Shown: positions 11,769 through 21,728 of the stretch, in pieces | Layout of the letters: each line of letters opens with the position of its first letter | How positions within the stretch are numbered: position 1 is the first letter of the stretch | Source of the DNA: Vulcanimicrobiota bacterium | GTDB taxonomy: Bacteria; Vulcanimicrobiota; Vulcanimicrobiia; Vulcanimicrobiales; Vulcanimicrobiaceae | Length of the DNA: 64,000 bases | Reading direction: 5' to 3' | Assembly (NCBI GenBank): GCA_963795855.1 | Contig: CAWCIZ010000001.1 | Span: 64,001-128,000 of the forward strand | Notes under the pieces: generated by a model | Seen by the model: the letters and a program-made list of their open reading frames with translations, nothing else | The model's database searches: none | Told to the model about the DNA's origin: nothing | Translations under genes and position numbers: made by a program

Positions 11769-14133
11769 ATGCTAACAACGCAATCGCCGGTCGGAGAACT
11801 TCAGATTCTCGATGCATATTGGCGCGCAGCCAATTACTTGAGCGTTGGGCAGATCTATCTGCTCGATAACCCACTGTTACGCGAACCGCTGCGTCTCGAG
11901 CACATCAAACCGCGGCTGCTGGGGCATTGGGGCACCTCGCCGGGGCTGAATCTTGTCTACGCACACATGGACCGTGTCATCAAGCGCGAGAATCTGAATG
12001 CGATCTTCATTGCGGGTCCTGGCCACGGTGGGCCAGCCGTCGTTGCAAACGCGTACTTGGAAGGCACGTACAGCGAGAAGTATCCACGCATCACCCAAGA
12101 CGAGGATGGAATGCGCGCGCTTTTCCGGCAGTTCTCATTTCCCGGCGGCATCCCGAGCCACGCCTCGCCCGATGCGCCCGGTTCGATTCACGAGGGCGGC
12201 GAGCTGGGATACAGCTTGCTGCACGCGTACGGCGCGGTGTTCGATAACCCCGAACTCATCGCGTGTTGCGTCGTAGGGGACGGCGAAGCGGAGACCGGTG
12301 CACTCGCCACGAGTGGCATAGCAACAAGTTTTTGAATCCCTCTCGTGATGGCGCCGTGCTGCCGGTTTTGCATCTGAACGGATACAAGATCGCTGGCCCA
12401 ACGGTCCTTGCGCGCATTGAAGACTCCGAACTCATTGCACTGTTGCGAGGCTACGGTTACGAGCCGGCCATAGTCGCCGGTGATGAGCCGCAAGCGGTGC
12501 ACGAGTCATTTGCGAGGACGCTGGACGAGGCGTTGGATCGCATCCATGAAATACAATCAACGGCGCGAGCGTCGGGATTCCAGAAACGGTCCGCGTGGCC
12601 TATGATCGTGCTGCGAACGCCGAAGGGCTGGACGGGTCCCAAAATAGTCGACGGCGTCCAAGTCGAGGGCACGTTTCGCGCGCATCAAGTGCCGCTTGCC
12701 GACTTCGATACGAAGCCGGCTCACCTGCGCATGCTCGAAGAGTGGATGCACTCGTACCGTCCTGAAGAGCTGTTCGACGAATCGGGCAAACTGCGCGAAG
12801 TTATAGCCGCTGCCGCACCGTGCGGCACCAGTCGCATGAGTGCCAACCCAAACGCCAATGGCGGGGAAGTACTCAGGCGACTCGTCGTGCCGGATTTCCG
12901 CAGCTATGCGCTCGACGTCGCTTCGCCGGGGACAGTGATGCACGAGAGCATGCGCACGGCGGGGAGCTCCTGCGCGATGTATTACGGCCAAAATCCTGAT
13001 TGTTTTCGGCTCTTTGCGCCAGACGAAGCGGCCTCGAATCGCTTAAATGCCGTATTTGAAGTGGCAGAGCGGTGTTCGACGGCGACCGTATTGCCCACCG
13101 ACGATCATGTGTCCGCCAAGGGGCGCGTTATGGAGATTCTGAGCGAACATTGCTGCGAAGGCTGGCTTGAGGGCTATCTGCTCACCGGACGGTACGGCGT
13201 GTTCACGTCGTACGAGGCGTTCATCCATATTGTTGATTCAATGTTCAATCAGCACGCAAAGTGGCTTGCGTCATCAAAACGCATCCCTTGGCGACGCCCC
13301 ATCGCGTCCCTGAACTATCTCCTCAGTTCGCATGTCTGGCGCCAGGATCACAACGGCTTCACACATCAGGATCCCGGCTTTTTGGATGTGGTCGTGAACA
13401 AAGGCGCCGACGTGGTGCGCGTTTACCTTCCCCCGGATGCCAATACACTGCTATCAGTCCTCGATCACTCCCTGCGCAGCATGAACTACATCAACGTCAT
13501 CATTGCGGGAAAGCAGCCGGAGTTGCAGTGGCTCGACATGGATGCCGCCGTCAAGCATTGCACGAGGGCGTGGGCATCTGGACCTGGGCGAGCAGCGACG
13601 AAGGAACCGAGCCGGACGTGGTGCTCGCGTGTGCGGGCGACGTGCCGACCCTGGAAACGCTTGCGGCCGCGGATTTCCTGCGAACTGCACTTCCAGAAAT
13701 GCGCGTTCGCATCGTCAACGTCGTCGATTTGATGACGCTCCAGCCGAATACGGAGCATCCGCACGGGCTTTCCGACAGGGAATTCGACTCCATATTTACG
13801 GCGGACAAGCCGATCGTGTTCGCTTTTCACGGCTATCCTTGGCTTATTCACCGCCTAACGTATCGCCGAACGAATCATTGCAATTTGCACGTGCGCGGAT
13901 ATAAGGAGCAGGGCACAACCACGACACCCTTCGACATGGTCGTACTCAACGAGATGGATCGCTTCCATCTCGCCGGAGATGCGATCGATCGCGTACCGCG
14001 CCTGACTGATCGCGCGGGGCATGTCAAGCAGCTGATCCGCGACAGATTGGTCGAGCACCGGCTGTACATTGAGAAGTACGGCCAAGACATGCCGGACATT
14101 CGCGACTGGCGATGGACGCAGGCAAAGCAGTGA
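11769..14133 (+). CDS. xfp: Phosphoketolase (frameshifts ~12310 and ~13565)
   Basis: [53 protein letters not shown] spread over three frames. Confidence 0.93.
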
Positions 14134-15170
14134 ACATCCTCAGCCTGAACTTAGGTTCGTCCTCGTTGAAGTATGCCGTCCATGCCGTAACCGACAGTGG
14201 GTTGGAATGCAGGCTCGCGCGCAACTTGGTATCGTCGTCGCAGCCGCAGGATGCGGCACGAGCGACATGCGAAGCCATTACCGATGCCGTGCAACAGGCC
14301 GGCGTGGTGAGTGCCGTCGGGCATCGCGTGGTTTTCGGCGGCGAGGATGACGCACCGACACGCATTACGCCCGAGTTGATCGAGCGCCTTGAAGGGCTCC
14401 AGTCGCTGGATCCGTTGCATGCGCCCGGCGCACTTGCCGTCATCCGGGAAGCGCTGACGGCTTTGCCGGCCGCCGCGCAGATAGCATGCTTCGATACGGC
14501 GTTCTTTCGCGATCTGCCCAAAACAGGCCGCACACTCCCGCTTCCTATGGACGATCCGCTGCTCCGGCGCTACGGCTTCCACGGGCTTTCATATGAGCAC
14601 GTGTGTCGCGTAGTTGGCGAGAAGGTGAGACCACGTACGGCCGTCGCGCACCTCGGTAATGGCGCGAGCGCCGCAGCGCTTTTAAACGGTCGCCCTATAG
14701 CGACGACGATGGGGTTTAGCCCCCTGGGCGGTATGATCATGTCCACGCGGACCGGTGACATCGATCCGGGCGCGCTTTTGTACCTGCTCGAGCGCGCAAA
14801 CATGGATAAGCATACGCTGCGCGATCTCCTCGAAAATGCCAGCGGTCTGCGGGCCCTTTCCGGCGATGAGAGCGACTTGCGCAAACTGTGCGAGCGACAG
14901 GACGAGGGCGCCCAATTCGCAGTCGAGATGTTCGTACGTTCTGCCGCGAGGGCCATCGCAGGATTAGCCATCGAGCTGGTCGGGCTTGATATGCTGATTT
15001 TTACGGGTGGAATTGGCGAACACAATGCGGCGGTACGTAACGCCATACTCGCACGTTTGGCGTTCCTCAATCCGAACCTGACGGTGGAGATCATCGAATC
15101 CGATGAAAATGCGTCTATAGCGCATAACGTCGCCCGCATGGTCGATTCCCGCATGCGAACATCGAAATAG
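14130..15170 (+). CDS. ackA: Acetate/propionate kinase
   Basis: [41 protein letters not shown]. Confidence 0.93.
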   Translation: MNILSLNLGSSSLKYAVHAVTDSGLECRLARNLVSSSQPQDAARATCEAITDAVQQAGVVSAVGHRVVFGGEDDAPTRITPELIERLEGLQSLDPLHAPGALAVIREALTALPAAAQIACFDTAFFRDLPKTGRTLPLPMDDPLLRRYGFHGLSYEHVCRVVGEKVRPRTAVAHLGNGASAAALLNGRPIATTMGFSPLGGMIMSTRTGDIDPGALLYLLERANMDKHTLRDLLENASGLRALSGDESDLRKLCERQDEGAQFAVEMFVRSAARAIAGLAIELVGLDMLIFTGGIGEHNAAVRNAILARLAFLNPNLTVEIIESDENASIAHNVARMVDSRMRTSK

Positions 15171-15194
15171 CTTCGAGACAGGGACGGTAGCAGC

Positions 15195-15918
15195 ATGAGC
15201 AGTCGTATCCCACGCAGCACACCGGGACCGAGACACGTCGAACGGCACTTTACTGCTTCCGAAACGGTGCGCGATATCGTCATTTGGCATGTCGGATGGC
15301 CTAACGGTGCCGTTTGCGCTTGCAGCAGGCATTTCCGGCGCAATAGCGGCTTCGCACGTTGTCGTCACCGCAGGTATTGCGGAGCTGGCAGCCGGCGGCA
15401 TCTCGATGGGGCTGGGCGGATATCTGGCGGCGCGCACCGATATCGAACACTACAAGAGCGAGCAGCAACGCGAGCAGCGTGAAGTGGACGAAATACCAGC
15501 GGAAGAACGCATGGAAGTGCAAAGCATTCTTCGCACGTATGGGTTAGGTCAAGAAGATGCCGCGCGCGTCGCGAGCGCTCTTACTTCAGATCGCGAACGC
15601 TGGATCAACTTTATGATGCGCTTCGAGCTTGGTTTAGAAGAACCGGATCGGCGCAGAGCGCCGCTGAGCGCGCTCACGATTGGCGGTTCGTACGTTATCG
15701 GCGGCATAGTGCCGTTGATACCGTATATGCTCGTTCAAAGATCCAATCAAGGCTTGTATATTTCCGCGATCGTCACGCTGATTGCCCTGTTTATATTTGG
15801 TGCTGTCAAGGGGTGGTTTACAGGCGTTCCGATTTTCCGTAGCGCTTTGCAAACGGTGGTCATCGGCGGTGTGGCGGCGGCCGTCGCCTTTCTGCTGGCC
15901 AGATTAGTTGCCGGATAG
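15195..15918 (+). CDS. VIT1/CCC1 iron/manganese transporter (frameshift ~15285)
   Basis: ERHFTASETVRDIVI|GMSDGLTVPFALAAG, FMMRFELGLE. Confidence 0.9.
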
Positions 15919-15940
15919 CGTGCGGCAACGCTCCAGCAAA

Positions 15941-16188
15941 TTAGCGATTTATGGTGTTGTAAATCCAAGCGAATACGCCGCCGGCCAGTGAAGCGAGAAC
16001 CGCTCCGCCCAACCACCATGCGATCCCCATGCCGTAGCCGCGACCCATCATTCCGGCGTAACCGCCCATCATGTTGCCCATTCCCACCATGGGAAAGGCG
16101 ATGATGAACACAAAATCGACTCAGTGCATCCAGCGGCGAGTGCACATGCTGCGGGATTGAGTCGCTGGGTTCGCGTCAGTTCTGTCAT
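15941..16188 (-). CDS. Small Met/Gly-rich membrane protein (DUF5676-like; frameshift ~16115)
   Basis: GAGGA RBS, MTELTRTQRLNPAACALAAG | FIIAFPMVGMGNMMGGYAGMMGRG...GGVFAWIYN. Confidence 0.5.
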
Positions 16189-16670
16189 TGTTACATCCTC
16201 TGAAATTCAGACTTGCTTCGTCGCCGCGACCCATCGGCATAGCGGTGGCCATCAGCATCGTACTCAGGCGATTCAACCCGCTAGGCGATAGGCGAACGGC
16301 CAACACAAGGACCCAAAGCAAGAACGCTCCGATGTTGATGCGCTCGTAGATAGCGATGCCGGGCGTGGACAAGTTTGCGGCCAGGCGTGCGCCTTGCGCT
16401 CCGGTCAGCGCTCCGAACAAAACGATCACGCCGAACGTCGCAACAGTGTAGTACGTGAAGCGCTTTCCTAGTGCAGCGGTTGCAACACCCATCGCGATAA
16501 GCGTCAATGTCAGCCACACCGCCGTCCAGAGGATGTGGAGTGTATCGGTCAGTCCTATCGGCGTTCCGCGCATGTGCATCGGCGGCCAAAACGACCCATA
16601 GATGGCGGATGTCGCGAGCAGCGCGGCCGTGACGCGTAATACCCGTTTCGGTCCAATATCTTTTGTGCCA
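16121..16670 (-). pseudogene. DUF998-like membrane protein, C-terminal remnant
   Basis: WPPMHMRG..TDTLH..ERINIGAFLLW; there is no room for the N-terminal half before the upstream gene. Confidence 0.5.
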
Positions 16671-16695
16671 TAAGATCAACCACTCGATAGGATCG

Positions 16696-17877
16696 TTATT
16701 GGGTCCCGATAGGTGTGGTCCACCAGAACAGCCAGCGCCATGTCGGTCTACCGTTCGGCGCAGTGGAATTTCCGCCGAGTCCTGCTTCGACATATCCATG
16801 CAAATAGCGCGCATGCGGCACGTTGAACGCGAAGTCCACATTTTGGGCATGCGCGAGATTGCCGAGGCCATCATCGGTGAATTCGTCACGGAAACCAAGA
16901 ACGGCGCCGCGATTAAAAAGCGATTCGTAGAGTTCTGCGGTAACTGCTTTGCTGCTTGCCGCGGGCAATTGGTTGCCATTTGCATCCAAGCCGGGATTCG
17001 GGTCGTGCGCCGCCTGGTAGATTGCGAAGACGCCCGGAATGCCGTTCGGCTGCGGATCGCGTTGCAGATATGCCGCAATCGAAGTGTAGTGGTCGGCGGC
17101 GCCGGTGGACACGATGTAGCTGCCGCTGCTGCCGTAAAGTCCTAACTCCGGCAGTTGCGGCCGGTCGGCGTGGGCACTGGCGAGCTTCCATTGAAACGTC
17201 TTGTCGGTACCCGGCGTCGTCGCAAAGTCCGCGGCGCCGATCATACCGTTGCTGCTCAGCAGCCAGCCCGCTTCGGCGTCCAGCGCGCCATGCACGTACG
17301 CAAGTTTGCTTCCCCAGCGGTTTGCATCAAGTTGGTAAACGTGCTCACCGACGGTGATCTCCGGCGTAGCGAATGCGGAGATGTCGAAAAACTGGCTGAA
17401 CGGCGAAGGCGCCGGCGCTTCATACTTGCCGATGAACAGGTGGCCGTCGCGATGGAATAGGTTGTTGTAGGTGACCCACGCGGTGTCGAGCGTGCCGCCC
17501 GCATCGTCGTTTTGCAGTAGCCACTGCTGTACGTGGAAGGTCCAATCCGGAGCGAGATATCCGGCGCCATGCAGCGCCAGATTACCGAACGAATTCTTGT
17601 AGCCCGGTGAAATGTTGCTGACGCCGCCGGTGCTGTCGCCATTGACTTGCTCGCCGATCCAGATCGGAACCACCGATTTGATGACGTCGTGATTCAACGA
17701 CGAATAGCCGGTCCTTTGGACGTATCGGCCGTACGCATTGAGCGCGGGTACGAGCGTGTGGCAGGTGCTGCAGCTCACACCGTAGGCTTTCGCGAAGGGA
17801 GGCATGGCGTATGCGCCCGCTTCAACGGCCAGCGCAAACCCGGCGCATGCCGCCGCACGCCATGACGAGGCGCACAA
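16696..17877 (-). CDS. Cyc2-like fused monoheme cytochrome c / outer-membrane beta-barrel
   Basis: Signal peptide, then PPFAKAYGVSCSTCHTLVPALNAYGRYVQRTGY; amphipathic beta strands; aromatic C-terminal strand. Confidence 0.75.
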   Translation of the reverse strand: MCASSWRAAACAGFALAVEAGAYAMPPFAKAYGVSCSTCHTLVPALNAYGRYVQRTGYSSLNHDVIKSVVPIWIGEQVNGDSTGGVSNISPGYKNSFGNLALHGAGYLAPDWTFHVQQWLLQNDDAGGTLDTAWVTYNNLFHRDGHLFIGKYEAPAPSPFSQFFDISAFATPEITVGEHVYQLDANRWGSKLAYVHGALDAEAGWLLSSNGMIGAADFATTPGTDKTFQWKLASAHADRPQLPELGLYGSSGSYIVSTGAADHYTSIAAYLQRDPQPNGIPGVFAIYQAAHDPNPGLDANGNQLPAASSKAVTAELYESLFNRGAVLGFRDEFTDDGLGNLAHAQNVDFAFNVPHARYLHGYVEAGLGGNSTAPNGRPTWRWLFWWTTPIGTQ

Positions 17878-18237
17878 TCACTTTTGCACCTTGATTGTAA
17901 GCGCCATGTTCGGATGGCCGGCGCCGCAAATAACCGAGCAGTGCACAATGTACGTTCCCGCCTTTTTCGGCGTGAATGTAACGGTCACGAACTTGTTCGG
18001 CATGATCGTCGTGTCGGGAATGCCCAGTTCGTCGGACTTGATCCCGTGCACGCCTTCGCTGGACGTTAACCGCAGCGTGGTCGGTTCGCTGAGCGGAACC
18101 GTAATGGTATCCGGCGTGAATTTCCAATTCGACGCGACGATGTCGATGCTTGGATGCGCGGTAATCGAGAGCGGAATGATCGCGGCGCACACCAGGAGCA
18201 GTGCGGCCGAAGGCAGGGCGAATCCGGTGATTTTCAT
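17878..18237 (-). CDS. Secreted cupredoxin with CuA-like motif
   Basis: EGVHG ... CSVICGAGHPNM. Confidence 0.88.
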   Translation of the reverse strand: MKITGFALPSAALLLVCAAIIPLSITAHPSIDIVASNWKFTPDTITVPLSEPTTLRLTSSEGVHGIKSDELGIPDTTIMPNKFVTVTFTPKKAGTYIVHCSVICGAGHPNMALTIKVQK

Positions 18238-18363
18238 GTCGCAATTGTAAAGCTTACATGAGGCCAATCGGAGAACGGCCTAGGCCAACTCGGAGAATAG
18301 GCTGCAAAAACAAGAGCAGAGCGGTGGTTCACCGCCCTGCTGTGTCCCTCGCAGAAACTTGCT

Positions 18364-18729
18364 TTAGACGGCTTTTATCGTAATCATCATCTTGCCATGA
18401 TCGGGGCCGCAAGGGATTCCGCACTGTACGGTATACGTTCCGGGTTTTGCGGCCGTAAAGCTTACCATCTTGGTCGATCCTGGCGTGACCATTGTGTTTG
18501 GAATGCCAAGTTCGGCGGATTCGATGCTGTGTACACCGCTCTGCCCGACCAATTTAAGCTCGACGGGTTGTCCCGCATGAACAGTAATTTGTGATGGGCT
18601 GAACAAGGACGAGGCTGAGGCGGTGATGGTTACGACTTGCACAGGAGCGGCGAACGCGCCAAGCGATGCGCCGGCGCTCAGAGAGAGTCCGAATACGCAG
18701 GCTGAAAAAACAGAGATAAAACGCTTCAT
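18364..18729 (-). CDS. Secreted cupredoxin with CuA-like motif (paralogue)
   Basis: SGVHS ... CGIPCGPDHGKM. Confidence 0.88.
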   Translation of the reverse strand: MKRFISVFSACVFGLSLSAGASLGAFAAPVQVVTITASASSLFSPSQITVHAGQPVELKLVGQSGVHSIESAELGIPNTMVTPGSTKMVSFTAAKPGTYTVQCGIPCGPDHGKMMITIKAV

Positions 18730-18808
18730 GAACAGCATGATAGCAGCGGTGGGCGAACTCAGCAGGAACGATGTGAGAACAGGTTGAGGCCACGACTTTT
18801 GTCGGAAC

Positions 18809-18846
18809 AAAAAATCAAGAGCCACCGGCAAGGCGACTCTTGATTT
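18809..18846 (-). terminator. Intrinsic terminator after cytochrome c gene
   Basis: aaatcaagag...ctcttgattt stem with a U tract on the minus strand. Confidence 0.6.
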
Positions 18847-18982
18847 GTTTCCGCGGTCTGGTTCTACAATTGGCCTGATAGCAGGCCCTAACTTCAGAGA
18901 GCCCCGCGCCGCTCTTTTTCTGATGTCTGAACCGTATGCCCAGCGTATCAATTCGATGAGAACGCGTCGAGAAAAGACTGCG

Positions 18983-19714
18983 TCACTTCAGAGATTCGAC
19001 GTAAGCGGCGACATCGCGGACGTCTTGCGAGTTGATCGTGGAGGGATAGAGCTTGGGCATCGGCGGCAGTGGATTCTCGATCCACGTTACGGCTTGCGCG
19101 AAGTTTTTTCGCGACGCCTCACCGATAAGGCGCGGTCCCATTCCGCCTTGGCCTTGCGCACCATGGCATGAGGAGCAATTTTGCGCGAAGATCGCTTTCC
19201 CGTGAGCCGGGTCCGGCGCGGCGTTCGACGCTGTTTGGGAAGAGGCCGTCGCCGATCCGGTTGATGCTGCAACCTGCAACGGTGGGCTGACTCCGAAACC
19301 CCAAGCGGCGAGAAACGCCATCGTCCACAAGCTCAATGCCATCGCCGTGCCGACGCCGTACGCATACTGCTGCCCCGCATAAGCCGTTAGAAAACCGAGC
19401 AGCGCGAGGCCGAGGTGTTCGAATACGTGCGCTGCGGGCAGTTTCTCGAGCGGCGAATATTCCGAGGGCCACATCAGCAGCATCGCGAGCATCGGCGCAA
19501 CGATGCTGAGCACGAGCCATGTTGCGCGTTTGGTGAACGCCGCGGGGGACCGGCGCGCGATCAACAGTCCGGAGAGCGCCGCACCGATCAAAATGATCGC
19601 ATGCAGCAAGTGGTGGATCCGCACCGGGAATTCCACGCCTGTTCGATACGCGGGCGCGAGTGCGAAGAGAACAGTTAGAGCGAGAACGACGTAGCCGAGT
19701 GTGCGCGATTTCAT
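18983..19714 (-). CDS. His-rich membrane domain (CtaG-like) fused to class I cytochrome c
   Basis: HHLLH and HVFEH in TM region; C-terminal CSSCH...MPK. Confidence 0.85.
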   Translation of the reverse strand: MKSRTLGYVVLALTVLFALAPAYRTGVEFPVRIHHLLHAIILIGAALSGLLIARRSPAAFTKRATWLVLSIVAPMLAMLLMWPSEYSPLEKLPAAHVFEHLGLALLGFLTAYAGQQYAYGVGTAMALSLWTMAFLAAWGFGVSPPLQVAASTGSATASSQTASNAAPDPAHGKAIFAQNCSSCHGAQGQGGMGPRLIGEASRKNFAQAVTWIENPLPPMPKLYPSTINSQDVRDVAAYVESLK

Positions 19715-21207
19715 CCCGCTGCCTCTGCCTTGGCAAGCCGCGCTAACCGCGCCGCTTCAATCCCGGCGATGATGAGGCCGGCCAGCAGAATCAGCGCACC
19801 GATCGTCGCGATACCCGCGTACTGCGGTCCGACGCCAGGTTCGACCGCGTACCTTCGAGGCACGCCGCTTGCTCCAGCGATGTAGAAAGAGATCAGAAAC
19901 AATGCGGCCCCGCCGAAGATCGTCGCGCCAGTAAGCCAGCGCATGAAGAGCGACGACGTCTGGCCGCTGCGTTGCTCCAGCGTGACAAACGCCCAGCCGA
20001 TGATGAACAGCAGTACGCCCTGCAGCAGATACGTATGGAAGTGCCCGGGCACCCAGAGCGTGTTGTGCAAATCCAAGTTTATCGGGATCGTGGCGTCGAG
20101 AACGGCCGCGGTGCCGCCGACGACCCAGCCGATCATGCCGGCGTACAAGAACATCGATCCCAGGCTCCAGCGCAACCCCGAGCGGTGTACCAGCATCGTA
20201 CCGGAGAAAACCGTCACGACGACGACCGGAATGGCTGCCAGATACGATGCGATTTCTCCGACGAACTGCACGGTTTCCGCTTGCGCGAAGTCCATGTACA
20301 AATGATGGAAGTACGCGATGATGACGAAGAGCAGCGTTCCCCACCACGCGACGACCAAAGGCTTCGACGTGTGATATTCGCGTTTAGTGCATAGCGGCAA
20401 AGCAACGTACACGCCGGCGACTGCTATATACATGGTTAGATTCGCGAAGGTATGTCCGAACTGATAGATCAGATTCTTTGCCCAGAGTGGATCGATCGCG
20501 ACGGACGGATCGATCCAGTGCACGAGCAGCCCGACGCCGGCGGAAAGCCCGAAGGTGCTGCCGATGATCCCGTCAATCGCCGTAATCGCAGCGGCGAACA
20601 TCTGCGGCGGCGGTTCAACGTGCGTCTGCGCAAACGCGCGCGTGTTGAAGACGTAATCAATGCCGAGCATCCCCGTTATGCCGCCGTAGCGGTTGAGCAA
20701 TGCTCCGAGAATCTGAGCGCACCAAATCATGAAGCCGATCATGACGAGCGCATTGCCGATGAGCCACACGCCGGTCGCCCAACTGGGCCAATACGTGCCG
20801 ACGAAAGGCAGCGGATAGAGCATGGTCCAGAGCGAGCCGTACTTACCGGGAAAGACGCTGATGATCACGCACAGCGCTCCGGCGAGGAAGAATCCGTACG
20901 CCAGATACGCGATGCGAGGGTCGATGACTGCTTCGCGCCGTACCAAGTACCACAGCGTTCCCAGCCCAGCGATAGCCATCGCAGTGATCATGCCGATGCC
21001 GTGTAGACTCAGCATCGCGTAAAACCAGCCGGGATCGTACGTTATCCAGCCGGCTTGCTCTGCGCGCATCGTGATGCCGATGAGCAGCATTATGAAAAAA
21101 ATTGCGAGCCCCGTAGTGATGTAGGTCCACATCACGGTACGCGCACTGCGCAACTCCGCGCTGGTCGGCGCTACGTTAGCGCCGATGTCAATTGTGATCG
21201 CGCTCAT
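19711..21207 (-). CDS. Heme-copper oxidoreductase subunit I, sNOR-like nitric oxide reductase
   Basis: SLHG, FGHTFAN (Asn at the cross-link Tyr position), YFHHLY, GHFH. Confidence 0.82.
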   Translation of the reverse strand: MSAITIDIGANVAPTSAELRSARTVMWTYITTGLAIFFIMLLIGITMRAEQAGWITYDPGWFYAMLSLHGIGMITAMAIAGLGTLWYLVRREAVIDPRIAYLAYGFFLAGALCVIISVFPGKYGSLWTMLYPLPFVGTYWPSWATGVWLIGNALVMIGFMIWCAQILGALLNRYGGITGMLGIDYVFNTRAFAQTHVEPPPQMFAAAITAIDGIIGSTFGLSAGVGLLVHWIDPSVAIDPLWAKNLIYQFGHTFANLTMYIAVAGVYVALPLCTKREYHTSKPLVVAWWGTLLFVIIAYFHHLYMDFAQAETVQFVGEIASYLAAIPVVVVTVFSGTMLVHRSGLRWSLGSMFLYAGMIGWVVGGTAAVLDATIPINLDLHNTLWVPGHFHTYLLQGVLLFIIGWAFVTLEQRSGQTSSLFMRWLTGATIFGGAALFLISFYIAGASGVPRRYAVEPGVGPQYAGIATIGALILLAGLIIAGIEAARLARLAKAEAAG

Positions 21208-21713
21208 CGAACGTCAAAACCTCCTTGCATTGCGGCGTGCGCTATACCGCAGTATTCTAGGCACCGAACCGTGTAGTGGCCGCGGACGTGGAACAGAAAA
21301 GGCAGGTGGTTGACGTAGTCCGGCATCGCCTGCACCTGTCCAACCAATCTGCCGTTGGGATCGTAGATGGCAAAGCCGTGGTTGACATCTCGCGAGGTTA
21401 CGTCGAACACCACGGGTCTGTCCGCCGGGATGGCTGCCGGCAGCATGAAACTATACTGCTGCGCGATCACCCGATAATGCTGCCCGAGTGTTTGCGCACT
21501 ACCGTACGGAAAGTGCGGAATCGTGAAGATAAATACCGCAATGGCGGCGGCCATCACGGTAATGAACCAATACCTTCGAATGGCGTAGCCCTGCGCTGAA
21601 ACGACGTCCTGTGGTACGGGCGTGCGCGAACCGTAGTTTGCGAGAAACACCATCAGCGCAATAGCCACCGCTGCCACGATCAAAAAGACCTCAAGAACAA
21701 GCAGACCTGACAA
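21204..21713 (-). CDS. CuA-containing subunit II
   Basis: DVNHGF ... CLEYCGIAHAAM, two N-terminal TMs. Confidence 0.9.
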   Translation of the reverse strand: MSGLLVLEVFLIVAAVAIALMVFLANYGSRTPVPQDVVSAQGYAIRRYWFITVMAAAIAVFIFTIPHFPYGSAQTLGQHYRVIAQQYSFMLPAAIPADRPVVFDVTSRDVNHGFAIYDPNGRLVGQVQAMPDYVNHLPFLFHVRGHYTVRCLEYCGIAHAAMQGGFDVR

Positions 21714-21728
21714 CAGTTCCCTCCTCCG

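Noticed and set aside
11769..14133. Programmed frameshifting or true pseudogene in xfp
   Set aside because: Similar breaks occur in many unrelated genes with no shared slippery motif; assembly error is simpler
19711..21207. Ordinary aa3/ba3 cytochrome c oxidase
   Set aside because: Lacks the HxxxY cross-link tyrosine
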